The position numbers were made by a program, and so were the translations under genes. This document shows positions 1 to 11,122 of a DNA stretch of 64,000 nucleotides, in pieces (the stretch's first letter is position 1; every line of letters begins with the position of its first letter). The notes below the pieces were generated by a model. It did not search any database. It saw nothing but the letters and a program-made list of their open reading frames with translations, and had not been told where the DNA came from. Where the stretch lies: assembly GCF_963921235.1 (NCBI RefSeq), contig NC_086097.1:42410001-42474000 (forward strand), in the 5' to 3' direction. The stretch comes from Mobula hypostoma (taxonomy: Eukaryota).

Positions 1-479
1 GACTGTCCGTGATATGTTTAAAATTGAAGCTCTGAGAAAAAAGAACGTTAGAACAAAGGAAATTCTAAAGCCACAGGAATATCTTACAGTCCATTTAAGT
101 GCATACATCTAGGTAATGATTTATTGATACTCACTGGTAAAATAACATTTAGAGAATTTAATGGTTTATTTAATGCCATATCTTAAAAAAATGACTGAAC
201 CTACAGGAAGAATTGGAAGGATCACCAAGAGTGCAATTCAGGAGTCAAAAATATGAAGAAAATCTCAGCAAATTAAATCTACTATCAATCAGAAGCAAAC
301 AGAGAAAATTCATGTTTTTGGGATGTTGATACGGAAGCAAGAATAATGTAGATGATTAATGATAATTTAACTGATACTAGAATTCTAATTTTGAGGGTTT
401 TTTTCTACTGTTACATGAGGTGAAATCTTTAAAAACAAAACAAATCTGGGATCATTCTGTAACAGAAAAGGCAAAATAA

Positions 480-665
480 AACCTGCAGATATTTGAAATG
501 TGAAATGAAAACAAAGAATGCTGGAAATGCTCAGTGGGCTAGTAATGAGAGGAACAGAAACATCTCAGGCCGATGACTTTTGATCGTACATTTAAAATAC
601 TGTGTTTCTTTCTACGCTTTTGATTGCTGACCTGTTGAGAACTCCCAGCATCCTCCATTTCAGTT
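480..665. repeat. Degenerate fold-back remnant of a Penelope-like element end
   Basis: 'aatgctggaaatgctcag' and the inverted 'ctgttgagaactcccagcat' resemble the PLE terminal motif seen many times in the window. Confidence 0.5.
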
Positions 666-1080
666 TTGGCTGTTGCATAACATGCTTCCTTCCATAATAA
701 ATCTCTGTGTAAAGCATGGTTAAGGTTTTACTCCAAGTATTTAGCAAGTAGGTATTGCAGAGTTTTAAAATAGCTTTTCATGTAAGTAGCAAAGTTTGCA
801 AAAGGCTAGGCAAAGGTATTCAAGTACATAAGGTAACTTAATAGCTTATGCAGTTCTGCTTCTGTGCAAACTAACTTTTGGATTACAAGCATGGATAATG
901 AGGCTGAAAGCAGATTTTGCTGTTTTGCTTAATGAACTTTGAAAGTTGAGCTTCTTAGAAACTTACTACTGTATAGTTAGTTCTTTCAGGTGATAATCAG
1001 ACTGAAAATGATCAAGCAAAATTGCATGATTAGACCACTGTCACAGTGGGAGGCTTTGGTTCATCGGGCTTTAGTGAGGT

Positions 1081-1323
1081 ATAGAAAAGTAGAAACATAG
1101 AAAACCTACAGCACAAAGCTATCAACCCACAAAGCTGTACCAAACATGTCCTTACCTTAGAAATTACCTAGGGTCACCCATAACCCTCTATTTTTCTAAG
1201 CTCCATGTATCCATCCAGGAGTCTCTTAAAAGACCCCATTGTATCCATTTCCACCACCGTCACCGGCAGTTCATTCCACGCTCTCACCACTCTCTGCGTA
1301 AAAAACTTACCCCTGACATCTCC
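1081..1323 (-). mobile_element. CR1 LINE 3' end fragment
   Basis: (tagaaa)-type tail followed by the reverse complement of the CR1 ORF2 C-terminus (ttccacgctctcaccactctctgcgtaaaaaac). Confidence 0.75.
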
Positions 1324-2146
1324 ATGTACGTGGCAAGTTTCTTCTTCATTCTTAGTCTATTAGTACATAGTTAGAACAGTGAGAATGGCTCCAGGGGCTG
1401 TGATGGGTTCTTTGTGTGAGATTTGGGAATTCTTGAAGACGTCCAGACTCCCAGATAAACACATCAACACCAGGTCCACCGAACAGCTGCCCCTCAGTCA
1501 CTCTCACTAAAAATGCTCCCCTACCAAGAGGTCTGCCACCTGACCAGGTTCATTACCCAGAACTAGATCCAGTATGGCCTCTCCAATCGTCGGCCAGTCC
1601 ACATACTGTGTCGGGAATCCTTCTTCAACACTCCTGACAATTTCAGCCCCGTCTATCCCCTTTGCAGTCAGGAGGTGCCAGTCAATATGAGGGAAGTTGG
1701 AATCACCCATAACCACAACCCTGTATTTCTCGCACCATTCTAAAATCTGCCTGCTTATCTGCTCCTCGGTGTCCCAAGGGCTATTTAGGGGCCTATAGAC
1801 CACTCTCAGCATAGTGACTGATCCCTTTCTATTTCTGACTTCCACCCACACCGACTCAGTGGACACTCCCTCTACAGCGTCCTCCCTTTCTATAGCCGTG
1901 ATACTATCCCTGACCAGTAATGCTACTCCCCTCACACCCCCTTTCTACCTCCCATCCTATCCCTTTTAAAACACCTAAACCCCGGTACCTGCATCAGCCA
2001 ATCCTGCCCTTCCTCCAGCCAAGTTTCAGTAATGGCCACATCGTAGTTCCACGTTCTGATCCATGCTCTAAGTTCATCCCCTTTATTCCTAATACTCCTA
2101 GCGTTGAAATAAACACATTTCAACCCCTCTAACTGGCTACATTTAT

Positions 2147-2802
2147 AACACGCTGGAGGAACTCAGCAGGTCAGGCAGCATCCGTGGAAAAGATCGGTCA
2201 ACGTTTCGGGCCGGAACCCTTCGTCAGGACTGAAGAGGGAAGGGGCAGAGGCCCTATAAAGAAGGTGGGGGGAGGGTGGGAAGGAGAAGGCTGGTAGGTT
2301 CCAGGTGAAAAACCAGTCAGGGGAAAGATAAAGGGGTGGGGGAGGGGAAGCAGGGAAGTGATAGGCAGGAAAGGTGAAGAAAGAATAGGGGAAAACACAA
2401 TGGGTAGCAGAAGGAGGCAGAACCAAGAGGGAGGTGATAGGCAGCTGGGGGAGGGGGCAGAGTGACATAGGGATAGGGGAAGGGAGGGGGAGGGAATTAC
2501 CAGAAGTTGGAGAGTTCTATGTTCATACCAAGGGGCTGGAGTCTACCTAGACGGTATATGGGGTGTTGCTCCTCTAACCTGAGTTTAGCCTCATCATGGC
2601 AGTAGAGGACGTCATGTTTGGACATATCGGAATGGGAATGGGAAGCAGAGTTGAAGTGGGTGGCTACTGGGAGATCCTGTCCGTCTTGGCGGACGGAGCG
2701 GAGGTGCTCGACGAAGCGGTCCCCCAATCTGCATCGGGTTTCACCGATGTAGAGGAGGCCGCACCGGGAGCACTGGATGCAATAGATGACCCCAACAGAC
2801 TC
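2147..2802 (-). mobile_element. Penelope-like element (PLE) 3' part with GIY-YIG endonuclease C-terminus, 7-bp TSD
   Basis: ORF 2497..2805 VIYCIQCSRCGLLYIGET..RLGDRFVEH..VATHFN; TSD catttat at 2140-2146 and 2803-2809. Confidence 0.9.
2195..2232 (-). ncRNA. Minimal hammerhead ribozyme motif in PLE end
   Basis: Minus strand reads cagtc-CTGACGA-agggttccggccc-GAAAC-gtt-gaccg. Confidence 0.7.
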
Positions 2803-2955
2803 CATTTATGTTTTGTCCCCTGCCTGTCCTTCCTACCAACTCAGAACATATAGCATCATGCCCTTGTCCTTCTACCCTAATCTCTGCACTCACATTCTGA
2901 TTCCCACCCCCCTGCCAAACTAGTTTAAACCCTCCCCAACAGCTCTAGCAAATCT

Positions 2956-3332
2956 GAAAGGGAGAGAGGCAGAAGGAAGGAAATGACAGGCCAGTTAGCC
3001 TGACCTCAGTGGTTGGGAAGGTATTGGAGATAGTCATTAAGGATGAGGTTTCAGGGTACTTGGAGGCCCAAGATAAAATAGGCATGGTTTCCTGAAGGGA
3101 AAATCTTACCCCACAAATTTATTGGGATTCTTTGTGTACTTGGATTTTCAGAAGGCCTTTGACAAAATGCCACACGTGAGGCTGTTTATCAAGCTACGAG
3201 GCCATGGTATTACAGGAAAGATTTTAGTATGAATAAAGCCGTGGCTGATTGACAGGAGGCAAAGAATGGGAATAAAGAAAGCCTTTTTTGGTTGGCTGCC
3301 ACAGGGGTCTGTGCTGGGGCCGATGCTTTTTA
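2956..3332 (+). mobile_element. CR1 RT fragment (decayed)
   Basis: aggccagttagcctgacctcagtgg (RPVSLTS) and ttggattttcagaaggcctttgac (LDFQKAFD); similar to 61980-62410. Confidence 0.85.
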
Positions 3333-4454
3333 CCCTCCCCAACCCCACTCAGATCCCAGCAATGTGCCTCCAGGGCCTGCAATTGCCATGTCTCTACCCC
3401 ATAAAGCTCAGGGAAAGTCCACTCACACAATGCAGCAGGTCCTGGTGCTCTGGGTTACCTTGAGAGGGTGATGGCTCCCCAGAAACTCACCGTGTCAGCA
3501 GATCCTGAGTCAGCCAGTGGTATGCAGTGGGTTTACCTGTCATTACTGCACATGGCATGGTATTACTTGCTTTATATGGAGTTACTGCAGAAGCTGGTAT
3601 GGTTCTCCTTAGAATAGGAAAGGTCACAGGAAGTTTTAATAGAGATGTTTAAGAACATATTTTCAGAAATCATGCAGTAATGAAAATTCTTGAAGCGTGC
3701 CAACTAGTGCCTGCTCTTTAGATCTGATAACACATCACTGTGTATAATGAGATAGTTTCTTATCCCTGACATCAAGCATGGCAGCAGAAAAATTCAAGTA
3801 TTGCATCTATCCTAAAAATACCACACTGGCAATTCATCAGTATGAGATGTTCAATTTTATAATATAAGTGGTCTGATATAAAGTAGCCTAATCAATAACC
3901 TACTTCATTGATGTGAGAACAGAACGAAAAAAAAAATAATTCAAAGCGGGTGCTACTCTCACTGAAGTGCTTTATTAATAATTGCTATAGGTGTATAGAG
4001 TATGCTGGAGGTATGATTTTACATCTAATCAGGTTGTGCACTGTATGATGCTTTGTATTGCATTTGTGTTTGCTTGTATTGTGTAAATAAAGGGATGAAA
4101 TCACTTTCAATTTAGATTCCTTCCCTTCAAAACAGTGCAAATATGAAACACAATATTTAATACACTTGATGCCAGATTCAATCCCCACACAAAATTAATT
4201 ATATCAATGATATGAAAATCATGTGACCTGTTCTATTTCAATATTAAAACTCCACATAAACATTTAGCAAAGATTTTTAAATCTGTAGGACAGTTTAACG
4301 AGGATATGGTGATCTCTGCTGAGTATAACTCAAACTTTGGATCAAACTCGCTGTTAAAAATTATGGAGGCAAATAGTGACACTCAACAACAATATTAAGA
4401 GGACTAAATATATCAGAATAGGACAATAAATTCTTAAAAGACACTGCAATTTGG

Positions 4455-4541
4455 GTTGAGAGGGAAATGGACCAGCCATGATCAAATGGCAGAGCAAAAT
4501 GGGCCAAATGGCCTAATTCTGCTCCCATGTCTTATGGTCTC
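4455..4541 (+). mobile_element. CR1 3' UTR fragment
   Basis: cagccatgat..gggccaaatggcctaattctgctcccatgtcttatggtct matches 63325-63398. Confidence 0.8.
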
Positions 4542-4879
4542 ACAGTTTAAAATAGTGCTAGTCTATGAAGAGATTTAGGAATGAAATGTATGGCACTATT
4601 GTATTCATATTTTCATATATTTATATTCAGACTTCCTCCTTAAGGCAATTCCTTGAAACTGGAGACAACCTGTCCCCACAATGAAGATTGGAAGGTGTCA
4701 TTGCATGTTTCACTTTTACATGCAGTGACTTTTCCACCAAGTTTCAGTGGAGCAAAGTCTTGGAGGCTTAGAGAGATATATTTACTGGTTAGCTTAGAGA
4801 GATATATATATGTGGAAGCACACACAGATGCCCAGTCAGACACAAACACACTACACCACAAATACCCTTGATCAAATCT

Positions 4880-5140
4880 TCTTTCGCACGTGCTCCTCTC
4901 CCTCATCCAACCCTTCTCTTAACCCCTTTCTTCCAACCTCAGTTTCCCTTCCTCTCTTATCCTCTGTAACTTTCTCTCCTTACTTCTCCTTAATCCCTCT
5001 CTCTTCCTCTCTCCCTCTCCTTTCACCACCACCCTCAACTTTTCAGTTGCAACCTCATTTACTCTTTACCTGGGGTTTACTTCCTCTTTCCCCCTTCCAC
5101 ATACCAGCCCCACTTACATTTGCCTGGACTCCCCCCTACC
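4880..5140. repeat. Pyrimidine-rich low-complexity tract
   Basis: Strong C/T bias. Confidence 0.7.
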
Positions 5141-6158
5141 CCAATCATATACATATTGCACTCCACTACTGAAATTAATATGATCCAGCAACAGAAATGG
5201 AGCACAATGCATCCCACATTTAGCACAGGCCACTGAGATTGAATTTCTACCCTGATGCTTATGGTTTCATCCACAAAAAGTTAATTTCTTTAAATACCTC
5301 AAACCAGAAATACTACCTTCAATGTAATTAGATGCTACTGTTTATTACCAAGAACTGAATTGAATTTTAATCCAATTTACCCTAAAGCCACGTTTGGTGT
5401 CTAATGCATATATGTGTACAATTAATTCACTGACAAGTCAATAAGAAGCATGCAGATGGTGCAAGAGGGAGAAACATTAGGTAATAAATAAATTAAAATA
5501 AATTGGAAATCAATTTGGCAGAATTCCTAGTATTTAACTCAAAGTTATTTGGCTTGGGCTCATTTGACTTGGAGACATTTGACTAAGATAAATACTTTGA
5601 CTTTGGATAAATATTCAAAGTGAAATCCTACTCAATGAACTGCTTTGCATGCAGAAAGGAAATGTCCAGAGCTCCATCTATTTCTAGAAATAGAGTGATA
5701 ACATATTCTCAATTATAATCAATCATGTTTGGCTATAGATATACAAGTTAGGAAATGTTTTCATTTGGAATCCACGGCAAGATTCAATGTTGTGTCCCTT
5801 CTCAATGGTTGAAGGATTACCATGATGATGTAGAAATCATCCACTGTGTAACTTGAACCACCTTTGGCTGGACAGATTGCAGGAATATATCATAGCAGCA
5901 TGGAGCCTTTGCTTCTGGATATATTTGTTCCAAATGTCCTTTGAAATGTATCCATCACATTACACCTGTCAAACCGTTGCAGAAGAACATTTTTTTTTTA
6001 CGGTGCACTTAAATATTAAAAGCAGCAAGCTAACTACTTATGATGCATAGAGGATTTTCATCAACTCATTTCTGAGTGCGGTGTAGAATTTGACATATAC
6101 GGACAACCAAGATTGTCATTACCAGAACAGGAAGTTTGTTCATTCTTCCTTGGGATAA

Positions 6159-7067
6159 TGTATATGCAAGACTATTCTTACAAATGAACCCCTCTCACTG
6201 GGGCTCGAAACAAACTCAGCTTGTTAGTGAACTCTGCTAACAGCCACGTGACCCAGAGGTAAGGTGGTCACTTAAGCAACACACATCTAGGGTTGGTATG
6301 ATTAGGGCTCAGCCAAGCAGGAAAGTTGGTACGTTCCAATTAAGGAACATTGCTTCGAGTGGATGCTGTGTAAATATTGTCCCATGCACAGTTATCATTC
6401 ACCAGGAAATGACAGATCATACACTGGCATAAAATTACAAAGTATATTTACCAAATTTTCAACTTTAACAGTTACAGAAAAAGAAAAGAGAAACAAAAGG
6501 GCCCATTAGAGTTAAGCCAGTCTAAATGTGCACATAAACATTGGAGCTCATTTCTGGTGTATTCAAGTGTATCGCTTTACTCGCGGGCTGAACCCATGTT
6601 CTGTGTGAAGGACACAAGCCATGGTTTGAACTTCCCTCGAAGACTATCTTGAATGAACTGGCTCTCTCAGGATTATTGACACATCCTCCCTGGAACCATT
6701 CATCTGCACGAAGCACCTCTGATAATGGGATCTCTCCTACATGCGGCATTCTACGAACATCTTCCCTTGTGATCTTCTTTCCATACGTTCCGCTCAAGAG
6801 ACTCCAAACCAGACTACTGTCCTTCAGAAATCTGATCCCACCAAGCCCTCTTGAATCTTACTCCACATCCCACTGGGCAGAAAGTTAGAACACATACTAA
6901 GACAAACCCAATTGGATGATGCCACATTCCTAAATTGGACTAAAGGCTCCTTATCTTTAGCTGAAGCCAAAACACTCTTACTAATAGGACACACTGCTCT
7001 TGCAGAAAACTGCTAAAGTAAAAATACCTCACAGCATATCAGTAAAAATCCTAACTAGGGCATTACA
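6159..7067. mobile_element. Probable solo LTR related to 58096-58653
   Basis: Shared blocks (gatgctgtgt; aaaagggcccatt..cagtcta(a)atgtgcac..ttggagctca); ends 'agggcattaca'; left boundary uncertain (flanks ataa/ctaa). Confidence 0.55.
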
Positions 7068-7599
7068 CTAATAAAGATACAACTATAAACCAAAGTTATA
7101 TCATAATTTCAGGATCATCCAAACATTTTGTAATTAATAATTTGGAAATATTGGCCTGGATTTTGCTGGTGTTTGTCTTCTGGCATATTTCAGCAAAAGT
7201 GATGGGAGGATTTGGGACTCATAACACGAGTTCTGCCAGTGATTTCCCAGCAAAACTCCAACTGTTACATCTAGTAGCAAAATAATTTGCACTGGGGGAT
7301 CAGTTCTGTCTTACACTGGATTACATCCTGCCTGCAAGCCCATTTTCTTCAATGGAAATTGAGGGGCTTCAGTGAAGGTCAAAAAATGGAAAATTAAATC
7401 CATTCATTAATTTAATCAGCTCTGATAGAATCTCCACAGATGCACCCTAATTTCCTAAGCATTGCCAGCAGGGTTGTTTTAATTTTATATTAGTTAATAT
7501 GTCAATTACTTATTTTGGTATAATTCTATTTTATAATTTGAAAGTAGTTCTAGATAGTATTTCATTTTAAATGTAATGTTTGCTTTTTAAAATTTAATA

Positions 7600-7865
7600 T
7601 AATAAAATAATAATAATAATAATAATAGTAAGTACTTTATTTATCTCAAGTGGGAAATTATTTCATTACAGCAGAAACATTTAAATAAACAATTAGCAAT
7701 AACAATAGATATAATAATAAAGTACAGAATAATAAAATACACAATAATAATATACCAATGTGCAATACATGGAATAATAATAAACAAAATAATAAAACAG
7801 AGACTACAGGTATTGTACTATGATGTGTGTTCTCCTGTCGCACAGAGATGAACTGTTGTATATGC
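7600..7865 (-). mobile_element. LINE 3' end (Rex1/L2-like) with (taa)n tail
   Basis: (aat)n followed by 'tactttatttatctcaagtgggaaatt', similar to other Rex1-like tails here (20445-20470). Confidence 0.55.
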
Positions 7866-8129
7866 TTATTGAAATTTATTTCAATTACTAAGTTATTGAA
7901 TATAACTAGATGTCATGGAAATATCTTGGGAGTTTTTAATATATGCCCCAGTTGAGGCTTGGGCATTACCATATGTGAAAAGCTTTCAGAGGATTTAATG
8001 GAAAGGGCTCATTGAGACAAACACAATTTGCCCCTGTGGTCTGTCCACCCCTGTGCCTGCTTCTACTTGGTCTGCTGGGCCATCTCTTTCAGGTCCTAAA
8101 GGCAGTGTTTCGTTCAGGTCCACCTAAGC

Positions 8130-9287
8130 ATCACCCTGCCTTCTCCCCATCAGGTGTGCTGGAGAGCCATTCTGCCTTCTAGAACTCAGGTGTGCTGGAG
8201 AGCCACTCTGCCTTCCCATCAGGTGTGCTGGAGAGCCACTTTGCCTTCTGGCACTCAGGTGCGCTGGAGAGCCATTCTGCCTTCCCATCAGGTGTGCTGG
8301 AGAGACACCCTGCCTTCTCCCCATCAGGTGCACAGGAGAGCCATTCTGCCTTCCCATCAGGTGTGCTGGACAGCCACCCTGCCTTCTCCCCCTCAGGTGT
8401 GTTGGAGAGACACCCTGCCTTCTCTCCCTCAGGTGTGCTGGAGAGACACCCTGCCTTCTCCCCCTCAGGTGTGCTGGACAGCCACCCTGCCTTCTCCCCC
8501 TCTGGTGTGCTGGACAGCCACCCTGCCTTCTCCCCCTCTGGTGTGCTGGACAGCCACCCTGCCTTCTCTCCCTCAGGTGTGCTGGACAGCCACCCTGCCT
8601 TCTCCCCCTCTGGTGTGCTGGACAGCCACCCTGCCTTCTCCCCCTCTGGTGTGCTGGACAGCCACCCTGCCTTCTCTCCCTCAGGTGTGCTGGAGAGCCA
8701 CCCTGCCTTCTCTCCCTCAGGTGTGCTGGAGAGACACCCTGCCTTCTCTCCCTCAGGTGTGCTGGAGAGAGACCCTGCCTTCTCTCCCTCAGGTGTGCTG
8801 GAGAGACACCCTGCCTTCTCCCCCTCAGGTGTGCTGGACAGCCACCCTGCCTTCTCCCCCTCTGGTATGCTGGACAGCCACCCTGCCTTCTCCCCCTCAG
8901 GTGTGCTGAACAGCCACCCTGCCTTCTCCCCCTCAGGTGCGCTGGACAGCCACCCTGCCTTCTCCCCCTCAGGTGCGCTGGACAGCCACCCTGCCTTCTC
9001 CCCCTCAGGTGTGCTGGAGAGCCACCCTGCCTTCTCCCCCTCAGGTGTGCTGAACAACCACCCTGCCTTCTCCCCCTCAGGTGTGCTGAACAGCCACCCT
9101 GCCTTCTCCCCCTCAGGTGTGCTGGAGAGCCACCCTGCCTTCTCTCCCTCAGGTGTGCTGGAGAGCCACCCTGCCTTCTCCCCTTCAGGTGTGCTGGACA
9201 GCCACGCTGCTTTCTCTCCCTCAGGTGTGCTGGACAGCCACCCTGCCTTCTCCCCCTCAGGTGTGCTGGACAGCCACCCTGCCTTTT
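8130..9287. repeat. Minisatellite, ~32 units of 36 bp (33-bp variants at left end)
   Basis: Unit cagccaccctgccttctccccctcaggtgtgctgga; 12-aa periodic ORFs in several frames. Confidence 0.97.
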
Positions 9288-9294
9288 CATACAT
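8179..9294 (-). CDS. Candidate repeat protein ORF (EKAGWLSSTPEG)n, unverified
   Basis: 371-aa ORF; most unit variants are synonymous in this frame; possible splice acceptor at 9305-9317 (minus). Confidence 0.2.
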   Translation of the reverse strand: MYEKAGWLSSTPEGEKAGWLSSTPEGEKAAWLSSTPEGEKAGWLSSTPEGEKAGWLSSTPEGEKAGWLFSTPEGEKAGWLFSTPEGEKAGWLSSTPEGEKAGWLSSAPEGEKAGWLSSAPEGEKAGWLFSTPEGEKAGWLSSIPEGEKAGWLSSTPEGEKAGCLSSTPEGEKAGSLSSTPEGEKAGCLSSTPEGEKAGWLSSTPEGEKAGWLSSTPEGEKAGWLSSTPEGEKAGWLSSTPEGEKAGWLSSTPEGEKAGWLSSTPEGEKAGWLSSTPEGEKAGCLSSTPEGEKAGCLSNTPEGEKAGWLSSTPDGKAEWLSCAPDGEKAGCLSSTPDGKAEWLSSAPECQKAKWLSSTPDGKAEWLSSTPEF

Positions 9295-10729
9295 TGCTTT
9301 AATTCTATAGAAGAGAGTTCAATATTCCCTACATCTAGAGGACCTTTCTGCACTGCCTCCAATGCAAGCAATGAGTTAATAAATTCTCCCTTTCTTTGCT
9401 TGATTTGTTAGTGGTGGACTTATATTTATATTCATTTGCTTTGGACACACCTCATAGCAGAAGCCCATCAGGTGCTTTTGATTTGGTCACAACGAGAAAA
9501 CAATGAAAATTGTATCCTATTATTGGCTATTAATGAAAGGTTTACCATAGCACACACCCTCTTAATTTTAGCAGCCTTTGTCAGATCTGTTTCATCTTTC
9601 TTTTGCAAAAAACCTGAGACCCAGCCTGCTTAATTTTGCCTTGCTGGTCACATCTTCCCAATGCCATGAAGATCCTTGTAAATCTTTATAGCAATTTCTC
9701 TCATGCTTCACTATCTTCTGTCATAGAGGCCACAAATGCATGCATTTCGGTAATAGTGCTCTAACCAATGCTTTATATCAATTCATTGTTTCTCTTTACT
9801 TTTGTATTTCATTCCTCTGGAAATAAACCCTATCACTTTGCAGACCTTTGGCTTGGGAATTTACATTACTACTTTTATTGATTTATCTACCTCTTTGCTT
9901 CTTCACCCCATGAACCATCTTGTACTTCATTATATTGAATTTTACTTCCAGCAAATCTTTTGCCTCTCCTTGGTAACCACTGAGAAGCATTAAATCTACT
10001 TCAGATTTAAGAAGAGCAACATAAGCTGATCATTCTGATTTAAACAATTTGCAGCAGTCGGGAAGGGAGAGGAATAGAAAGTTTTGCTTTGAAACAGAGG
10101 TGATAGATTAGAGAGAATGGTGTTGGTACCAAGGATTTAGTAAGAGAGAGTTTTTTGTGCTCCAGCTTGACCCTCCAACTGCGATGACTTTCTGCTGCTT
10201 CAAGCCCAGCTGAAAAACTAAATGCACGGCCAGGAGAATGAATCCCATTAACACCGTGTTAACCAGAAACCAATTAGTGGAGGCCCTGAGCAGGTACCCA
10301 AGGAACATTAGAGAGTAACATTTGGATCCATTTGTGCATGGATTCCATCCTTAAATTACAATCAAAAGTGGATTTAACTGGGATCACATTGTGCTATTGA
10401 TCATTTCCAAGTGAAATTGTGCCCATCGGGAAATTGACAGGGTACTCCTGAGCACAGCTGATATTTTACTGGAAACAGTTATGTACTATGTGATGGCATA
10501 GCTCACGTGCCACACATTTCCTTTGTCACCGGCATGAATTAGAACTCTTAGGTCTGGCAGCCACAAGAACCAGGGAGCGGGTCGCGTGGCAACTAAAAAT
10601 GTGATGGGAGTTAGCATGTCTGCACTATGCCCCTGGGTTTGCCCACAGCATCTACCAGCTCCAACTTTCAGTGAATGCAGCATCAGTGGTGCTTTGTCTG
10701 AGATGGATAGTGTGAGCACTGGAAGCTTT

Positions 10730-11122
10730 ATACTTCTTAGCTTGACTAAAGTGTTAGTAAAGTAAGACATAAAGAAAAGGGCCTATTTAAGTGAAACAGT
10801 CTAATGTGCACTAGTTGGAGCTCATGGCTTCTCTTCCGCTGGTCCTTCATCGATTTCCCCGGGCTTCGTTGACTCCTGACACCACTCCGAGTCCATTCCT
10901 TTCTCGTGTCTATGACCTCTCGTTTCTGGCATCTTCTCTCTTCATCTTCCACCAAACAAAAGCCCCAGATCAGCTCAGTCGCAGGCAGACAACAAGAATA
11001 AAACACTCTCTTCATTGGATGGCGCATATTGCAAAGCCCCCGTTATCTCTAGCCATAACCCAAACACTGCTGCTACAGAGAAACCATTACATTAGCAGTG
11101 AAACCTCTCCCAGGGTGTAACA
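10730..11122. mobile_element. Truncated LTR, same family as 58096-58653
   Basis: Near-identical end 'ataacccaaacactgctgctacag..aaccattacattagcagtgaaacctctcccagggtgt(a/t)aca'. Confidence 0.85.

Larger units (their letters stand above)
1505..2955 (-). mobile_element. CR1 LINE fragment (ORF1 end and APE endonuclease of ORF2), split by a PLE insertion
   Basis: ORFs 1932..2123 (YFNARSIRNK..VAITETWL) and 1507..1935 (VYRP..MGD.NFPHIDW..ILDLVL) carry APE motifs; ORF1/ORF2 junction 'ctagtttaaaccctccc' near 2925. Confidence 0.9.

Noticed and set aside
2497..2805. Host GIY-YIG nuclease or homing endonuclease gene
   Set aside because: Truncated, bounded by a TSD and repeated elsewhere as PLE fragments
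4810..5172. 120-aa Pro/Ser/Leu-rich ORF
   Set aside because: Artefact of a pyrimidine-rich low-complexity tract
8130..9287. CRISPR-like array
   Set aside because: Head-to-tail units with no unique spacers, no cas genes, eukaryotic context
8124..9371. 415-aa Arg-rich ORF and the plus-strand 251/372-aa ORFs as genes
   Set aside because: Open only because the 36-bp unit lacks stops; non-ATG starts; variants are more often non-synonymous than in the 371-aa frame
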